64,000 bases of DNA from Octopus vulgaris (lineage: Eukaryota): positions 138,570,001 to 138,634,000 of the forward strand of contig OX597816.1 in assembly GCA_951406725.2 (NCBI GenBank). The letters run 5' to 3'. Of this stretch, positions 1 through 17,082 are shown piece after piece. The position numbers and the translations under genes were made by a program. The notes under the pieces were generated by a model. The model did not search any database. It was given only the letters and a program-made list of their open reading frames with translations, and was not told the origin of the DNA. Position 1 is the first letter of the stretch. Each line of letters starts with the position of its first letter.

Positions 1-38
<38 letters not shown>

Positions 39-189
39 ATATATATTATATAATAAATGCGAAAACAAATTTCTATGTGTCAGTGTGTTACACTTTGACC
101 CTCTCTCTCACTATTGAATAGCACTTCTACTATTCCTCATGATGAGGTGAGAATAATAGTAGGCATAGAGACTGTGAGGGCAGTGGCAA

Positions 190-228
<39 letters not shown>

Positions 229-1278
229 AAAGAAAAGGAGAGAAAGAAATACAATCATATTTAGGGGAGCGGGGGCTGATGATGTTTTACTATAAGTAGT
301 AGTGTTGTAGTGGGAGTAATAATAAAAGAGAGAGAATGAGTTGGTATGTTACAGAAAGAGGGAGATGATGTACAACCTTTTGTTTAACCTTGTCTCTTTG
401 ATATACATACATTCATACCTATATACATACATATACCAACCAAAGCTATGTGAGTGGATTTGATAGACAGAAACTGAAAGAAGCCCGTCGTAATAATATT
501 TGTGTGTGTGTGTGTCTTTGTGTCTCTGTTTCTCCTCTACCACCGCTTGACAACCGGTGTTGGTGTATTTACCTCCATGTAGTTTAACAAAAGAATAAGT
601 ACCGAGGTTGATTCATTCAGGAAGCTACTTACCGCATGAAAGAAATGTCACGTAATGCTTGGGTTTTTGCTAGTTCCAGGAGGTGATACTCTCTGTTGAG
701 AAATACCCGCTGGGGAAATCTTCACAATATACTTATATTTATTTATGGCGTGATTTCAAATTAACACTCTCCATTAATCAATTTCACATTGACTTTGATA
801 TCCAGATTTTTAATCGTTTAAATGAACATGCTTTTGAATTGCTTTAAGGTTTTACTTCGAGTGCAGAATCAATCCATCTCACTTACTGCGCGGAAATCCA
901 AGTAATATAATAAACGATTAGAAATAACCCGTTTGACTCGGAGGAGAATAAAAGAATAACACTGGAATATGTCATTTATTCAACAGGACAGATATATTGA
1001 CTGTTAACTAATTGAGAAATTATAAATTAATGCGAATGTCGGAAGATAACAATGTTAGAATGCATAAAATGGATTTTGATCTGAGAATTAATTGTAGAAT
1101 ATTTGAATGTTCCATAAACAGCGATAAAAATACTGAAATTCATTAAAATATGCAAATGAGAACCATTTTTGGATTTCAATAAACATGAAGAATTAACTAC
1201 ACATTTCACAAAATTGTCTCGAATCATAATAATTTCTATAATTACTTTACAGTTTTTGTTTCCAAGACAACTCAGCTG

Positions 1279-1344
<66 letters not shown>

Positions 1345-1406
1345 TGTTGTTGTTGTTGTTGTTGTTGCTGTTATCATCATCATCATCATCATCATCATTA
1401 TTATTA

Positions 1407-1447
<41 letters not shown>

Positions 1448-1935
1448 CCCCCCCCCACTTTATACATGTCTTTGTATTGTTCCCCACATCCTTCGCCCTG
1501 GAGACAAATAAAAGTAATCATCGTCATCATTATTGTTATTAGCATACCCGTTTCGTAAAAAATGTCGACAATTTTATCAAAGATATGAAATGGCACATCA
1601 GCACAATGGAAGAAACGATTGATAAATGTCAGCAATCTAGCAAATATATATACATACACAGAACTGAAGAATGAGATTCTAACGTCTCGGTTGAAAATAT
1701 CGTACACACGCACATATACACTTGTACACACACACACACACACAGACACACACACACACACACACACATACATATATATATATTACGGAGATGTACTTGC
1801 ATAGCAAGTATCCTGATCTGAGATCGTGCGCTGGAACGAAACATAGATACATACACATACACGCATATATATATCGAGAGAGAGAGAGAAGGAAAGAGAG
1901 AGAGAGAAGAAATTGGGACATAAAGATAGATAGAT

Positions 1936-2596
1936 AAGTTTCTTTATTGGCCACACAGGGCTGCACACTGATGGGACAAGTTACAAGGTAGAGCTTTTCT
2001 TTTGGGGGAGAAAAAAAAAGGTGGCGTAGGTTTTCGATCAAAAGGGATCGTAAAAGGGAAAAAAGAACAAAAAAAAAAAAGAAAAAAAAGGGAAAAGAAA
2101 AAAAAGAAAAAAGGGAAAAAAAGAAAAGAAATATGAAAAAAGAAGAAAGAAGAGGAAAAAAGGGGGAGAGGAAAAAAAACAAAAAAAAACGATCAATAGG
2201 GATCGTGTATCACAGTGTCATGATGTATGGTGTAAAGGGGAAAGCAAGTAAGGTTTATCCGTGGGAAGAAAAGCCTACGAAAAAGACCACGGTAACCTTG
2301 GTCAATATTGTTATATGTTACCACATTTGTTTGCAAATGGGTAACCCTCTGTTTTCAATTTCTGGGTTCATAGGATTATGCTCAAGGTGGCTTCGTCATT
2401 CATATGTGCCATCCTTGCTACATTCACCCATCTTTTTTTAAAACGTTCGCTAGACAAAACTTGCCTCTCTACTCTCACTTTCCTTTTCAAGTGGTACTTG
2501 AAGAAGTTGATGAGAGGTTGACCCGAGAGGAAAGTGTTTGTCTCCAATCCTTTCAGACGTGTCCACCAGATACATTCTTTCGCCATAGCCACAAGG
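1936..2596 (-). mobile_element. 3' fragment of an L1/Tx1-like LINE embedded in (GATA)n
   Basis: The ORF end LINFFKYHLKRKVRVERQVLS..FKKRWVNVARM resembles the 3' part of the 13627-15425 element. The 3' UTR ends GTGGCCAATAAAGAAACT(TATC)n. Confidence 0.7.
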
Positions 2597-2598
2597 AT

Positions 2599-2648
<50 letters not shown>

Positions 2649-2649
2649 G

Positions 2650-2741
<92 letters not shown>

Positions 2742-2764
2742 TTTGTAAGTTGGGGCTGCAACAT

Positions 2765-3245
2765 CAATCAGAAGACTAGTCTTTTCAACATGATTTTTTT
2801 CTTTTTACAATGAGATGAGATCGGTTTGCCAGTATTTTCCGACCACTCTGAACACTGAAATGCCAAAGGATGGTAACCTCGGCATTCTGGACATCTCGTG
2901 GGTTGTGTTCCCACCAATTGTTTTTGTGGAGGACGATGTATGTGCGGTATATTGACCAGTGTATCTTGTGAGCTGCCCTTGTCATACCATCGCAAGTATT
3001 CTGTTGGTGCCAGTCCGCTGAATCCACAGATTATGTGGTCGGCTGTCTCCGAGTACTCTCTGCATTTGCGTGCATGATGAGCTGCTTTCATATTTCAGGA
3101 CATCACTCTCGTAATTCCTAGTTGGAAGGGGCTAGGCCTGAGCAGCAATGATGCACCTCTCAGTTTCTGGTTTGGAACCGAAGCATGACAGCCGTTGATG
3201 AGTAAGGGTTTAATCTACATCACGGTCGGTTATTTGCCATGCAGT
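2765..3245 (-). mobile_element. Decayed R4/Dong-like non-LTR fragment
   Basis: RKCREYSETADHIICG..LAPTEYL, then WWEHNP..ILWHFSVQSGRKILANR in a shifted frame. Confidence 0.8.
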
Positions 3246-4130
3246 GTCCTCGTCTCTCTGTCAATGCAACCCTGTCATGTTATAAGAAGAAGAGAATGGT
3301 CAAGGACAAGCGAGGGCAAATTAATGGATTAAACACTAAACAAAAAAGACTCAAAAATGCGCGTAGTAAATCTCATACAGTATAATGTCAGGGTTTTAAT
3401 GGTTGCATGGATTACGAGAAGGGCAGCAATGGATAAGTTAATTAATGCTGATTTCAAAACAAGATATTCTTACCAGTAGATCTTGCAGAGGAGAAATTCC
3501 CCAATGTAAACTTTTGAGCTCGTTCTTCCTTTTATATAACTTGTTTATCTACCATACTTGTTCATAGTAAAACCTAGGCATACATTGTGGGTGTGTCAAT
3601 GCATGATTATGGCAAGTAGGAAAGGTATTCATTAGAGCAACACTCAAAATTCGTTGCAGTACTACTTGTTCCGACTGATTGCGTTCTGAGTTCAAATCGC
3701 TTTGATAGATATAGATATAAATGTAGTGGTTGTATGGCAATAACTAAAGTTTCCTTGATTACTTTTCTATTTTTGTGTCAAATTTTAAAACGTATGTAAG
3801 AACTCTCCGCTAATACTTTCCTATCAAGTTTTGTTTTGTGTTGTGTGTGTGTATGCCTTTGCTGTTATGTAATGGTGTAATAAAGTATTGATTGGGTATC
3901 ATCTGATGGTTGATGTTTGATTGATTTAAGTATGTTTCTCCATTTTCTAATTTTGTAGTATTAATTTACGGTAATATTTTTACCTTTGCCCACATAATAC
4001 AGTAGTTGAATTAATTGCATGGCAATTTTTAACATTTATGTATTAGTCTTGTTGGGTACCTCTCTAGCAGTATATTGGATATATGTTATCCCATGGTGGG
4101 TTGAATTTTCAACCTCTATCTCATTTTATA

Positions 4131-4179
<49 letters not shown>

Positions 4180-4635
4180 GTCGTACAATAGCTCCATGTT
4201 ACAAGTGCATAGTTAGTCTATTGCAATAAGAAGCCGAAATTAATACACAACAGCCATATATCAAGAAAGTGATGCGTGATTACTGACATAAAAACATTCT
4301 ACTGTCAAATTTAACCGCGACAAACAAATCAATAGATGATTCCTGTTGTATGATGCTAACAGTAAAAAAAAAACAAAAAGACTTTAGCATTAAAGTCAAC
4401 ACGAATTCAACGAGTATATAAGAAATAGCTCGCAGAACCACAAATGTTTAATTCTTGAAGATAAGATGGTGAAGTTCTGAAAACATCGGATATGGATTTA
4501 GGAATTCTATTGCTACAAACGAACTGTAAAAAGTAAGAAAAATCTAAAACAAAGATAAAAATTCAACATAAACGTGCATTTAATGAATGTTTGCATTATA
4601 TATATATATATATATATATATATAACGATAGATAT

Positions 4636-4711
<76 letters not shown>

Positions 4712-5690
4712 GTGTTTGTAAGTGTACTTCCAAAGACTTACAAGAATTTAACTTGAAGCAACCCAGCGAACCTTCATAAATGCAAATCCTTCTCTACCTT
4801 GAATCAACCACTGAAATTGATGGGTGAGCGTTTGGCCAATCAGATTCGCAAGGAGCCATGAGAGCATAGATTTGTGGGTTCAAATCAGCCTGAGGTTAGC
4901 TCATCATTATTCGGTCATTTGCTTATATTTGAAAATTGTCGCTTCAAAATCGGAGAATAAATATCATTATGATATATATTATATACAGTTATTATACCAT
5001 GAGCCTCCCATAGTAGCTCTCTCTCTCTCTCTCTCTTTCTCTCTTTCTCTCTCTCATAACACGCAAAGCCTTTAGGGTTTGTTTATAAAAATATTATTTA
5101 TGTCGTTTTATATATATGACACGCTGCCACACAATTTACGTCAACCAGATTCATTCACGGCACATAGATCAGGCTATAGTAGAAGACATTTGCCCAAGGT
5201 GCTGCACAGTAGATTTATACCCCAAACCAATCGAAGTGTATTATCACACAGCTATGAACGAATTAAGTAAAGCCGTATAAAAAAATAACATTCAGTTGAG
5301 AGAATGTTAGACTGAAGATCAATTGATTGCTGTTTCGATCCCAGTATTAATCAATTTGATGCGACACTGTTATGTTGAAAAATGATTTCTTTTTGAAATA
5401 TCTAAGGTTTTATGTGGTAGTAGATGATGTTTTCCCTGTCACACATAAAAATGACGTATGATCATTTAATAAGCTATATGTGTGTGTGTGAGAGAGTGTG
5501 TGTATGAGAGTGTATGTGTGTACCTAAGGAGTTGGTTTCACAGTAACTACCTGTATTGTGTTACGTCCCTCTACATCGCAAATGGAACTAGTGGGAACTG
5601 TACATAAGTTTGTTGTGTACGTGGTATGGGTGTAGATCTATGCGTGAGCGTGTTTGTGTGTGCTTGCAATTGTGGTTCGTGAGTGTGTGT

Positions 5691-5965
5691 GTGAAGGCGA
5701 GTGGCCAAGTGGTTAGGCTGTTGTACTCACGATCACTAGATCATGAGTTCGATTCCCTGATTGAGCGGCGCATTGTGCTTTTGTCCAAGACACTTCATTC
5801 CATGTTGCTCTAATCCCACCGCTTTCGATCAGAAGTGAAATTTGGCCTGATCGCTCTAGCCAGCAGGGTGGATTTATTTGAAAGTTAAAACAATGCAAAA
5901 CGCATTGTCACCAGCGATGTGTAACAACATCTGATAGCCTGGTCGGTCGCGTGGTCATGTGATAT
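5691..5965 (+). mobile_element. SINE family C (body 2, tail 3)
   Basis: Head GTGAAGGCGAGTGGCCAAGTGGTTAGG, tail CGCATTGTCACCAGCGATGTG..GATAGCCTGGTCGGTC. Confidence 0.8.
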
Positions 5966-6127
5966 ATAAGAGATGACGATGGTGTCATTTAACCCAGGAA
6001 GACATCCACAGTTGATTTATTCAGTGCGGTTCTCTCACTCGATATTTGTTGCAAGTGTGAGATGACTCCTGTCACTCTAGCTCTGAGACCACCGGTTTTG
6101 ATCTGTATACACACACACACACACAGA

Positions 6128-6172
<45 letters not shown>

Positions 6173-6888
6173 CTAGCAACACAGACATACGCACGTATAA
6201 CCGTATAATCATCACGATCTTTACTCTTAGTTCATACAATACCGATACATTGTGATTTACAGCACCATAGGTAAAAAATATGATGTCTCCCTCTTTTTTG
6301 CACATTCGTCAAACCTTCGCACTTATACACCTGGATGCATAACGTGTACAGGTAATTTATACATACATTATCGTGGAAAAGTATGTGCGCACGATGTTTG
6401 TAAACTTATATATATATAAGTGAGTGTGCGTGTGTGTGAATTCTGTGTGTGTTTGTATGTATGTGTGTGTGTGTGCGTGTTTGCAAGTATATTTAGAAAT
6501 ACACATACGCATGCACTATCAATTATATATTTATTTATTTATTTATTTAATTATTTATCTATTTATTTATTTATTCATTTATTTTTGCAATTGTTTTCGG
6601 GAAACGTATATTCTTAACGAACCTTGCACGCACACCAATATACACAGGCTCTCTCTTTCTCTCGTTCCCTCATTCTCTCTCTATCTAACTCTCTCTCTCT
6701 CTCCCTCGCATACACATGCGCGTGCACACATACGCACATACCAACTCATACATCGGCGCACAATCTGACACACATTTATACGTGTGTATATAAGTATGTC
6801 TTTATCAAAGCGAAAGATGTCCGCTTTCCAAACTTGTTTATTCCAAGAATATATATACACACACACACACAAACACACACATAAATAT

Positions 6889-6938
<50 letters not shown>

Positions 6939-6973
6939 GTATGTATATATATATATGTAAATATGTATGTATG

Positions 6974-7034
<61 letters not shown>

Positions 7035-7155
7035 ATATGTATATGTGTGTATATATATATACATATATAAATTTAAATATATTCATTTATATGCATACAC
7101 GCGCGCGCGCAGACACACACACACTCACACACACATATATATACGAATGTGTGTA

Positions 7156-7202
<47 letters not shown>

Positions 7203-7238
7203 AAATATGTATAAATATACTTGTATCCGTTTATGTAC

Positions 7239-7271
<33 letters not shown>

Positions 7272-7309
7272 TATGTTTTTGCGTGCGCGCGCGTATGTGT
7301 TTGCTACAT

Positions 7310-9800
<2,491 letters not shown>

Positions 9801-10247
9801 ATTATTCGCTAGTTCCAAGGCGGCGAGCTGGCTGAATCGTTAGCATACCAAGCACAATGCTTAAGCGATATTCCACCTCTTTACGTTCCGAGTTCAAATG
9901 CCGCCGGGTGCGACTTTGCTTTTAATACTTTTGAGGTCGATAAATTAAGTACCGGTGAAACACTAGAGTCGATGTAATCGACTGGTCCTTTCCCTCAAAA
10001 TTTCAGGCTATGTGCCTATAATAGAAAGGATTATTCTATTTTTCTATCTACATAATACTCTGCAGTATCTCTGTTTAACCTCCACTTCTTTCTCGCATTG
10101 AAACCGCACACGACGACACACTTGTTCGCTCAACCCATAACACTAAATATTTTTCTCTCATTCCCACACATTCTCTCCCTCGCAAAAATACATTCACTCA
10201 GACACTTATTTTCCCTGCTTTCAGAGTAAGTATGGATATCTATATAA

Positions 10248-10480
10248 GGCGGCGAGCTGGCAGAAACGTTAGCACGCCGGGTGAAATGCGTAGCCGTATT
10301 TCGTCTGTCGTTACGTTCTGAGTTCAAATTCCGCCGAGGTCGACTTTGCCTTTCATCCCTTCGGGGTCGATAAATAAAGTACCAGTTACGCACTGGGGTC
10401 GATGTAATCGACTCAATCCCTTTGTCTGTCCTTGTTTGTCCCCTCTATGTTTAGCCCCTTGTGGGCAATAAAGAAAAAAG
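10248..10480 (+). mobile_element. tRNA-derived SINE family A (near full length)
   Basis: GGCGGCGAGCTGGCAGAAACGTTAGC..GAGTTCAAATTCC (box B)..GGGCAATAAAGAAA. Near-identical copies at 42329 and 59196. Confidence 0.9.
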
Positions 10481-10580
10481 AAAAAATATATATATATACA
10501 CGTAGATGTACATACATTCATGATGCATGTGAATGTGCGAGTATGCATACAAGCGCACACTCATACATACATATATATAT

Positions 10581-10612
<32 letters not shown>

Positions 10613-10630
10613 CACATACATACGTACATA

Positions 10631-10868
10631 TAAAATAAATGCGCCCTTTTTAAATCCTAGCCAGGCTCGTGGGCCCGGTTTCCCGGTTTCTATGGCGTAT
10701 GTGTTCCCCAGCTGGACGGGACGCCAATCCATCCCAGCGTTACTCATTTTTGCAAGCTGAGTGGACTGGAGCAACGTGAAACACAACGCCCCGCCCGGTC
10801 TAGGAATCGAAACCACAAACTTACGATCATGACGCTGACACCCTAACCACCAATCCACGCGCCTCCAC
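10631..10868 (-). mobile_element. SINE family C (body 2, tail 2)
   Basis: Head GTGGAGGCGCGTGG, body TTTCACGTTGCTCCAGTCCACTCAGCT, tail GGCGTCCCGTCCAG..GAAACCGGG. Confidence 0.85.
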
Positions 10869-10910
10869 AAATAAATATACGTATATAAATATAAATATAT
10901 ACGTATGTAA

Positions 10911-10994
<84 letters not shown>

Positions 10995-11065
10995 ATTTAA
11001 TAAATAAAATATATGCATACATACATACATATATGTACGTACCTACATCTACATGTATATATACA

Positions 11066-11105
<40 letters not shown>

Positions 11106-11262
11106 TACAGGACACCACAATTAAACGTAGAACACAACGAGAAACGAAAACATAAAAACAAACTAGGAAACGGACTTTTTTTAACAACGAAAAAACAGAG
11201 TACAAGACAAACAATACAAGGAATATTCCCCTTCATCAGCTGTCCCTGATTCGACTCAATGC

Positions 11263-11294
<32 letters not shown>

Positions 11295-11394
11295 GGAACG
11301 CAACGCACCCTGGGTTTTATTAAAAATAACTTATTTATATATATATATACGTACATCCGCAGTCAAATGACTGATACAAATAAAAGAATAAAGA

Positions 11395-11433
<39 letters not shown>

Positions 11434-12405
11434 TATAAATAAGTATATATGTGTGAGTAAACGTGGATGTTCTCTTTGAATAAACTGTACTGTGGTGCAA
11501 AATGCACTCGTGTTTATATCGCTTGCGGGAAGATAAAACACCACCATCAATTGTGCCGAAACCACCAGATCACGTGAATTCGACCTTTCATGGTCTCGTC
11601 CATGGGGGATCGGTCGACTGCTAAAGATAGTGGCACCTTGGGCAAGTGTCTTCTACTATATTTTCGGGCCGACCAAAATGGATTTCGTAGACGTAACCTT
11701 AAAGAAACCCATCGTATGTGTGTGCGTGCGTGTGTGTGTGTCTGTCTGTCTGTGTGCGTGTGTCTGTGCGTGCGTGTGTGTGTCTTTGTATCTCTTTTTG
11801 TCCCCTGCCCACTGCTTGACAACCGGTGTTGGTTTCTTTACGTCTCCGTAAACTATCGGTTCGGTAAAGTACCCGATAGAACAAGTACTTCAATAAGGAT
11901 TTAATACATGTACCCTCGGTCGATTCCTTCATCTAAAAAATTCTTCAAGGATGTGCCCCAGTATTGCCACTGTTTAATGATTAAAACAAGAAAAAGATAA
12001 AAAGTATATATAAAACTGGCCGGCCGGCCGTCGCTTACGACAACGACTGTTCCAGTTGATCCGATCAACGTAACATCCTGCTCATGAAATTAACGGGCAA
12101 GTGGCTGAGCACTCCACAGACATGGCTACCCTTAACGCAGTTTTCGGGAAGAGTCAGCGTGATACACCGAATGTGACAATACTGGCACTTGAATTACAGG
12201 TACCACTCGTGTTTACCAGATGAGCGGACAGCAAGAAACGTGAAATAAATTGTCTTGGTCAAGGACACAACGGGCAGCCGGTAATTGAACTCACGACCTT
12301 ATGGTAGTGAACCGAATGCCCTAGTCACCAAGCCACGCACCTTCACTATGTATATGTGCGCGCATATGTGTGTGTATTATAGATAGATATGTATATAAAT
12401 AAATA

Positions 12406-12436
<31 letters not shown>

Positions 12437-12441
12437 TAATA

Positions 12442-12494
<53 letters not shown>

Positions 12495-12523
12495 TATATC
12501 TATATAGATATATTAATAAATAA

Positions 12524-12557
<34 letters not shown>

Positions 12558-12559
12558 TA

Positions 12560-12597
12560 TACAAATTGAGATAGGGGTACCCCTATCTCAATTTGTA
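12560..12597. repeat. 38-bp perfect palindrome
   Basis: TACAAATTGAGATAGGGGT|ACCCCTATCTCAATTTGTA. Confidence 0.95.
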
Positions 12598-12721
12598 ACT
12601 ATAGTTAACTTTCTGAGGAATATGAATTGCTAATGCTTGTATACTTGAAGCATCCACTCATTACTCAATATATGTATATATATATATATGTATATATATA
12701 TATACATACACCCCCCCCCCC

Positions 12722-12760
<39 letters not shown>

Positions 12761-13626
12761 GGTGAGAGGGAGATAGAGACAGACAGATAGACAGACAGAC
12801 AGAGACAGAGAGAAGCAGAAACAGGCAAACAGAGGGGAAGAAAGAGATGGGGAGGGTTGACAAGGGAGAGTCAAATACTTGAATATATTCAAAATGTGTC
12901 TAACTGAATATATCCGTGCAGAAAGTGTGTTGTGCTAGTCCTGAAAATAATTACTATCATATGCCACCCCACCCCACTGCACTTTATATTGTCAGTCCAG
13001 AAATAATTAGCATCACAGCCTCATACTCCGTGCATTGTGTCTCAAGTGTTTTGAAAGTACTCTGTCAATCAGCGTGAATTTGACCGTTGCTCATGTTAAT
13101 TGACTGCCGTGCGATACTGGTGTCACAATGATCAGTCGACAAGTGTCATCGATAAGACATCTGCAAGCCAATCAGTTGCCATTCTGACGGTTCCCTGGGG
13201 CTGTTTTACTGTTGATATTTCTGAGCTGTGAGACAGATGACGTTCACATTTGCATTGATGTCATCTTCTTGGTTGTAAAGAACTCGGCTTGAAAAGTGGC
13301 GGTGGTGGCAGGAGTGAGAAGTGAATAGAGAATAGTTTTATAATGTGAGTACGTATGTTGTTGTAAGTTGTTGTTGATGATATTATTATTGTTATTTATT
13401 ATCTCTATTGTTGTTGTTTTTTTCATGTCGTATATGAATGACTTTTCATTAATTGCAGAGACATGCTATTCAAAGAAATATGCATACTTCATGAGTTTCT
13501 AAACTTGTGAGGTTGTGATAGGCTTGCTTTTCAAATTAACAAGTTTTAAAGGATTTATACATTAGTGTACCACCAATACTACCACAACTACTACTACTAT
13601 TATTGTTACTCATAATTATTATTATT

Positions 13627-15425
13627 TCATTTATTTGCCACTAAGGCCGACATATATGGGACAATACAGTAGACGGGGACAGTGGGGGGGATTACACAAA
13701 ACAAGTAAACAATTAGGAAAACAATAACAATAAACATTAAGCAAGAAAAATATAATAATGAGATTTCCCCAGTAGGGGGGATGGCCACCCAGGGTTGGCT
13801 CAGATACCCCACCAATCCTGAACCACCCGACGCTTCGAGAGTACTCGGGGAAGGTTCACCTCTCCTTCTCAAATTCACCATCCTACAGGCGCATTATTAG
13901 AATAGGTTCACTCACACGGACCATTTTCGCTACATTCACCCAACTTTCAGCAAATGTACGGAGGTGGGGGCATCACTTCTCTCTCCACCCTCATCTTCCT
14001 TTCCAAGTGAAATCTAAATAGTTGATGAGAGACTGGTCGAAGAGAAAAGTCTATTTTCAGTCTTTTCAACTTGGTCCACCATACAACCTCTTTCGTTACT
14101 GCTACCAGACAGAGGAAAATTGCCTGCTCTTCCTGGCCAAATTTTCAGTATGGAGTCGGCCAATAGCTGGATCTATCTACTCGCCACAATAATTGTTCGA
14201 CATAACTCCACAAGGACACTCGTCGAGTGCGTGCAGAACAGTTTCATTGCTCTGCACGCACCTCGAGCAGGTCCGTCTGACAGCACTTCCGTGCTTGTAG
14301 AGTTTATCTCAAACCGGCAGTGCCCCTCGGTATCATTGACAAGCAAGGGAAGTTATCTGGAAGTTATCCATCGTCCCAGGCTCGACAGTCCTCCGGAACA
14401 GACTACTCAGTTCAGCTTCGTCGACGCCCAGCACCTCTCCGAATGCGTCATCGCACTTTCCCACCACTAACCCTCTATAGAACTCAAGAGTGGATTTTCT
14501 ACCGACCGATTTTCCCGCCTGGTAGAAGGCAGTGAGTGCCTGGCAACATTCCACATGCCACTTACCCTGTCTCGGTCTCTTCTTGACCCAGGACTGCAAA
14601 TCATTTAAGGAGACGCGCAGGGAAAGGCCTGTTTGACAAACAGCGACCATACCTGTTCACCGTTTAGTCAGAATATCTGAAGATGCAGCAGCCTCAGCGC
14701 ATGTCTACTCATCATTAGCCACAGCATGTCCAGCCCTCCACGTAGAGAGTGTTGGCAGCAGATGGACTGCCTCACCAACGGAACCTGTTCCCTCCACAAG
14801 AATTTGAAGAGGAGGCGTTCCAACTTAGCGAGGCGTGAACGGAAGCAAGGCACGACAGTCAGCCGGTAGTAGATGACAGATTCGATGTACATATTCGTCA
14901 CCTCCACCCGACCTTTCAGGTGCTGAGCTGCAAGTCCACCAACTTTTCCAGATTAAGTTTTGCTCCTGTCAACTTTTCATATACCTCCAATGATGTGCCA
15001 ACCACCTCGATTTCTGAGGTGTTCGACACCATTACGGTGATGTCCACATAAGCCGACAAAGCCCTTCCGTGTCACAGTTCGAGCGGGATACCCTGCTGCA
15101 GCTCCAGCTTCCGCAATAAAAGCTCAAGAGTTAATACGTACAGAAGGGTGGAGAGAGGGTACCCTTGACAGACCGATTGGGAAATCTGAAACGATTCCGA
15201 GAGGTGGCGACTAACTTTGACACCGAGAAGATTCCACTGTGCAATACAGCGATCCAACCTCTGAAGACGGGGCCGAAACCAACTGCCTTGAGGACATTCC
15301 CCAGGTACCGATGGTCGACTTTATCGAATGCTTTCGATTGATATAAATTGATCAGGGCCCCATTCTGAACCAGGTTTACACCCTACCCTTTCTATGATAG
15401 ATCGCATAAGGTGGAGGTTGTCGTT
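13627..15425 (-). mobile_element. 5'-truncated, decayed L1/Tx1-like LINE (RT to 3' end)
   Basis: ALINLYQSKAFDKVDH, SVCQGYPLSTLLYVL, LFKFLW..GGL. Multiple frameshifts. 3' end GGCAAATAAATGAAATAATAAT. Confidence 0.85.
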
Positions 15426-16121
15426 TTAGACTCAAAGCCAGAAGTTTTGAGGGGAGGAGATTGATCGATATCATCAAATCCAGTACTGGAAAGGATAAAG
15501 GATAAAGGCAAAGTTGACCCTCAGCGTAAAAAGACGGCATTTTCCCGACGCTGTAATGATTCTACATACTCATCAAAAGGGAATGCATGCTCCAAGTGGG
15601 AAGCCTCACAATAAGACTCAGATTTTCAAAGTAAAGTTCACGGGTTATATGATTCTTTTACAGGTGCTGATAAAAAAGGAATATATTTTAAAATACAATT
15701 ACAATTGTATATAAAATTGAAGCATGCCTTTGACAATTCCTGAGTGTATTAAACCTCTTTTAAGCGAAACTTTTGGTCCACCCTATAATAACTTCGATTT
15801 AAAAATAATAGACTAAATACACACTACAGAAAAATTGTTTTTGTTATAAGAATTATTATTTAATAATCATAAGGATTATTAAAAATCTGAACAATAGATG
15901 TTATTAATATTTGATATTAATGCAGTAAAGTTACAAAATATTGCGAATTGATGCATTCATATATTTATTTGGTAAGTGCAGATTTAGCTACTTGTGAATG
16001 TATGTGTGCATATACTTATAGATATATGTTTGCTTATATACATGTGTTGGAATGTATGTATGTTTGTATGTATGTATGAAAGTATATCACACACACACAC
16101 ACACATATACATATAAATATA

Positions 16122-16183
<62 letters not shown>

Positions 16184-16413
16184 AATCACAGCTTAATTTG
16201 GGTTACAAACTATATGATGATGAAATTATACATGTTCTGCCAAAAACATGCGGACAGATTTTAACATACACACTGATTCACACAAACAATGCTTGCGCAC
16301 ATACACCCGCACTGTGTTTGTGTGTGTATGTGTGTGATGGCTGTACGTACATTGCTTAACGTCAGACGAATGAGGAAAGAATGCTCAATACATGCAGTGA
16401 AACTTTTTTTTTT

Positions 16414-16551
16414 AATTAAAATTGAAGCTGGGAGTTTGTCTCGCGACTTGAAATTCAAGCCACTGCGATCTTTTAACGAGGATCTTCGCCTGAAGATCGC
16501 AGTAGCCTGAAACTTGAGTCGCGAGCGGACCTATCAGCTTCAGTTTTAATT
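16414..16551. repeat. Imperfect palindrome with back-to-back hammerhead-like arms
   Basis: Left arm reverse complement AAGATCGCAGTGGCTTGAATTTCAAGTCGCGAG..CAGCTTCAATTTTAATT matches right arm AAGATCGCAGTAGCCTGAAACTTGAGTCGCGAG..CAGCTTCAGTTTTAATT. Confidence 0.85.
16486..16524 (+). ncRNA. Hammerhead motif with weak stem II
   Basis: TCGC-CTGAAGA-TCGCAGTAGCCT-GAAA-CTTGAG-TC-GCGA. Stem I TCGC/GCGA, canonical GUC cleavage triplet. Confidence 0.6.
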
Positions 16552-17082
16552 GTGGGTGTATGTGTATGCATATGGACCTGTGTGTACATAATCGCGCAAA
16601 TTATACCCACAGTTATAAGATATAAGAATCCTAATAAGTTTATTTTCAAAATGTCCTTGACCTGGGGTACAAAATTAGGCAAAAGTAAATAATGTGATAC
16701 GTCACAAAAGCAAACAATGAATTCTCAAATAACACCATTTTGTCTTTTCTCAATGCTAAAAAAATAATAATTTACAAAATAGCTGAATATAATCGTATAG
16801 TGTTTCATTTGAATACTTTATAGTTACCAACATCTAAGAGTAATATCTATGGAGCACTTAAAATGTTCTCGTATAAAACTATACAATCTATTTCGTTTTA
16901 TGTAGTGTTAACTAACGGATAGCTATGATGAAACAGCAAACACGGTGTAAACCTAGTATAGGTACAAGATCGATTTTCCGGAAATTTCGATTCTAACATA
17001 TTTCCAGCTTACTGATATTTCCGAACCAGTGATGGTCACCTTGGTCAATGCTCTTTAAATTAAACAAAGTTTAATTTTATTT

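Noticed and set aside
11205-11245. Minus-strand CTGATGA-AGGGGAATATTCCTT (related copy at ~49560-49580)
   Set aside because: No GAAA follows stem II. Probably part of a PLE-like repeat, but not callable as a ribozyme.
15261-15290. CTGAAGA-CGGGGCC-GAAA hammerhead-like match
   Set aside because: It is antisense to LINE RT codons (GFGPVFRG) and lacks stems I and III, so it is coincidental.
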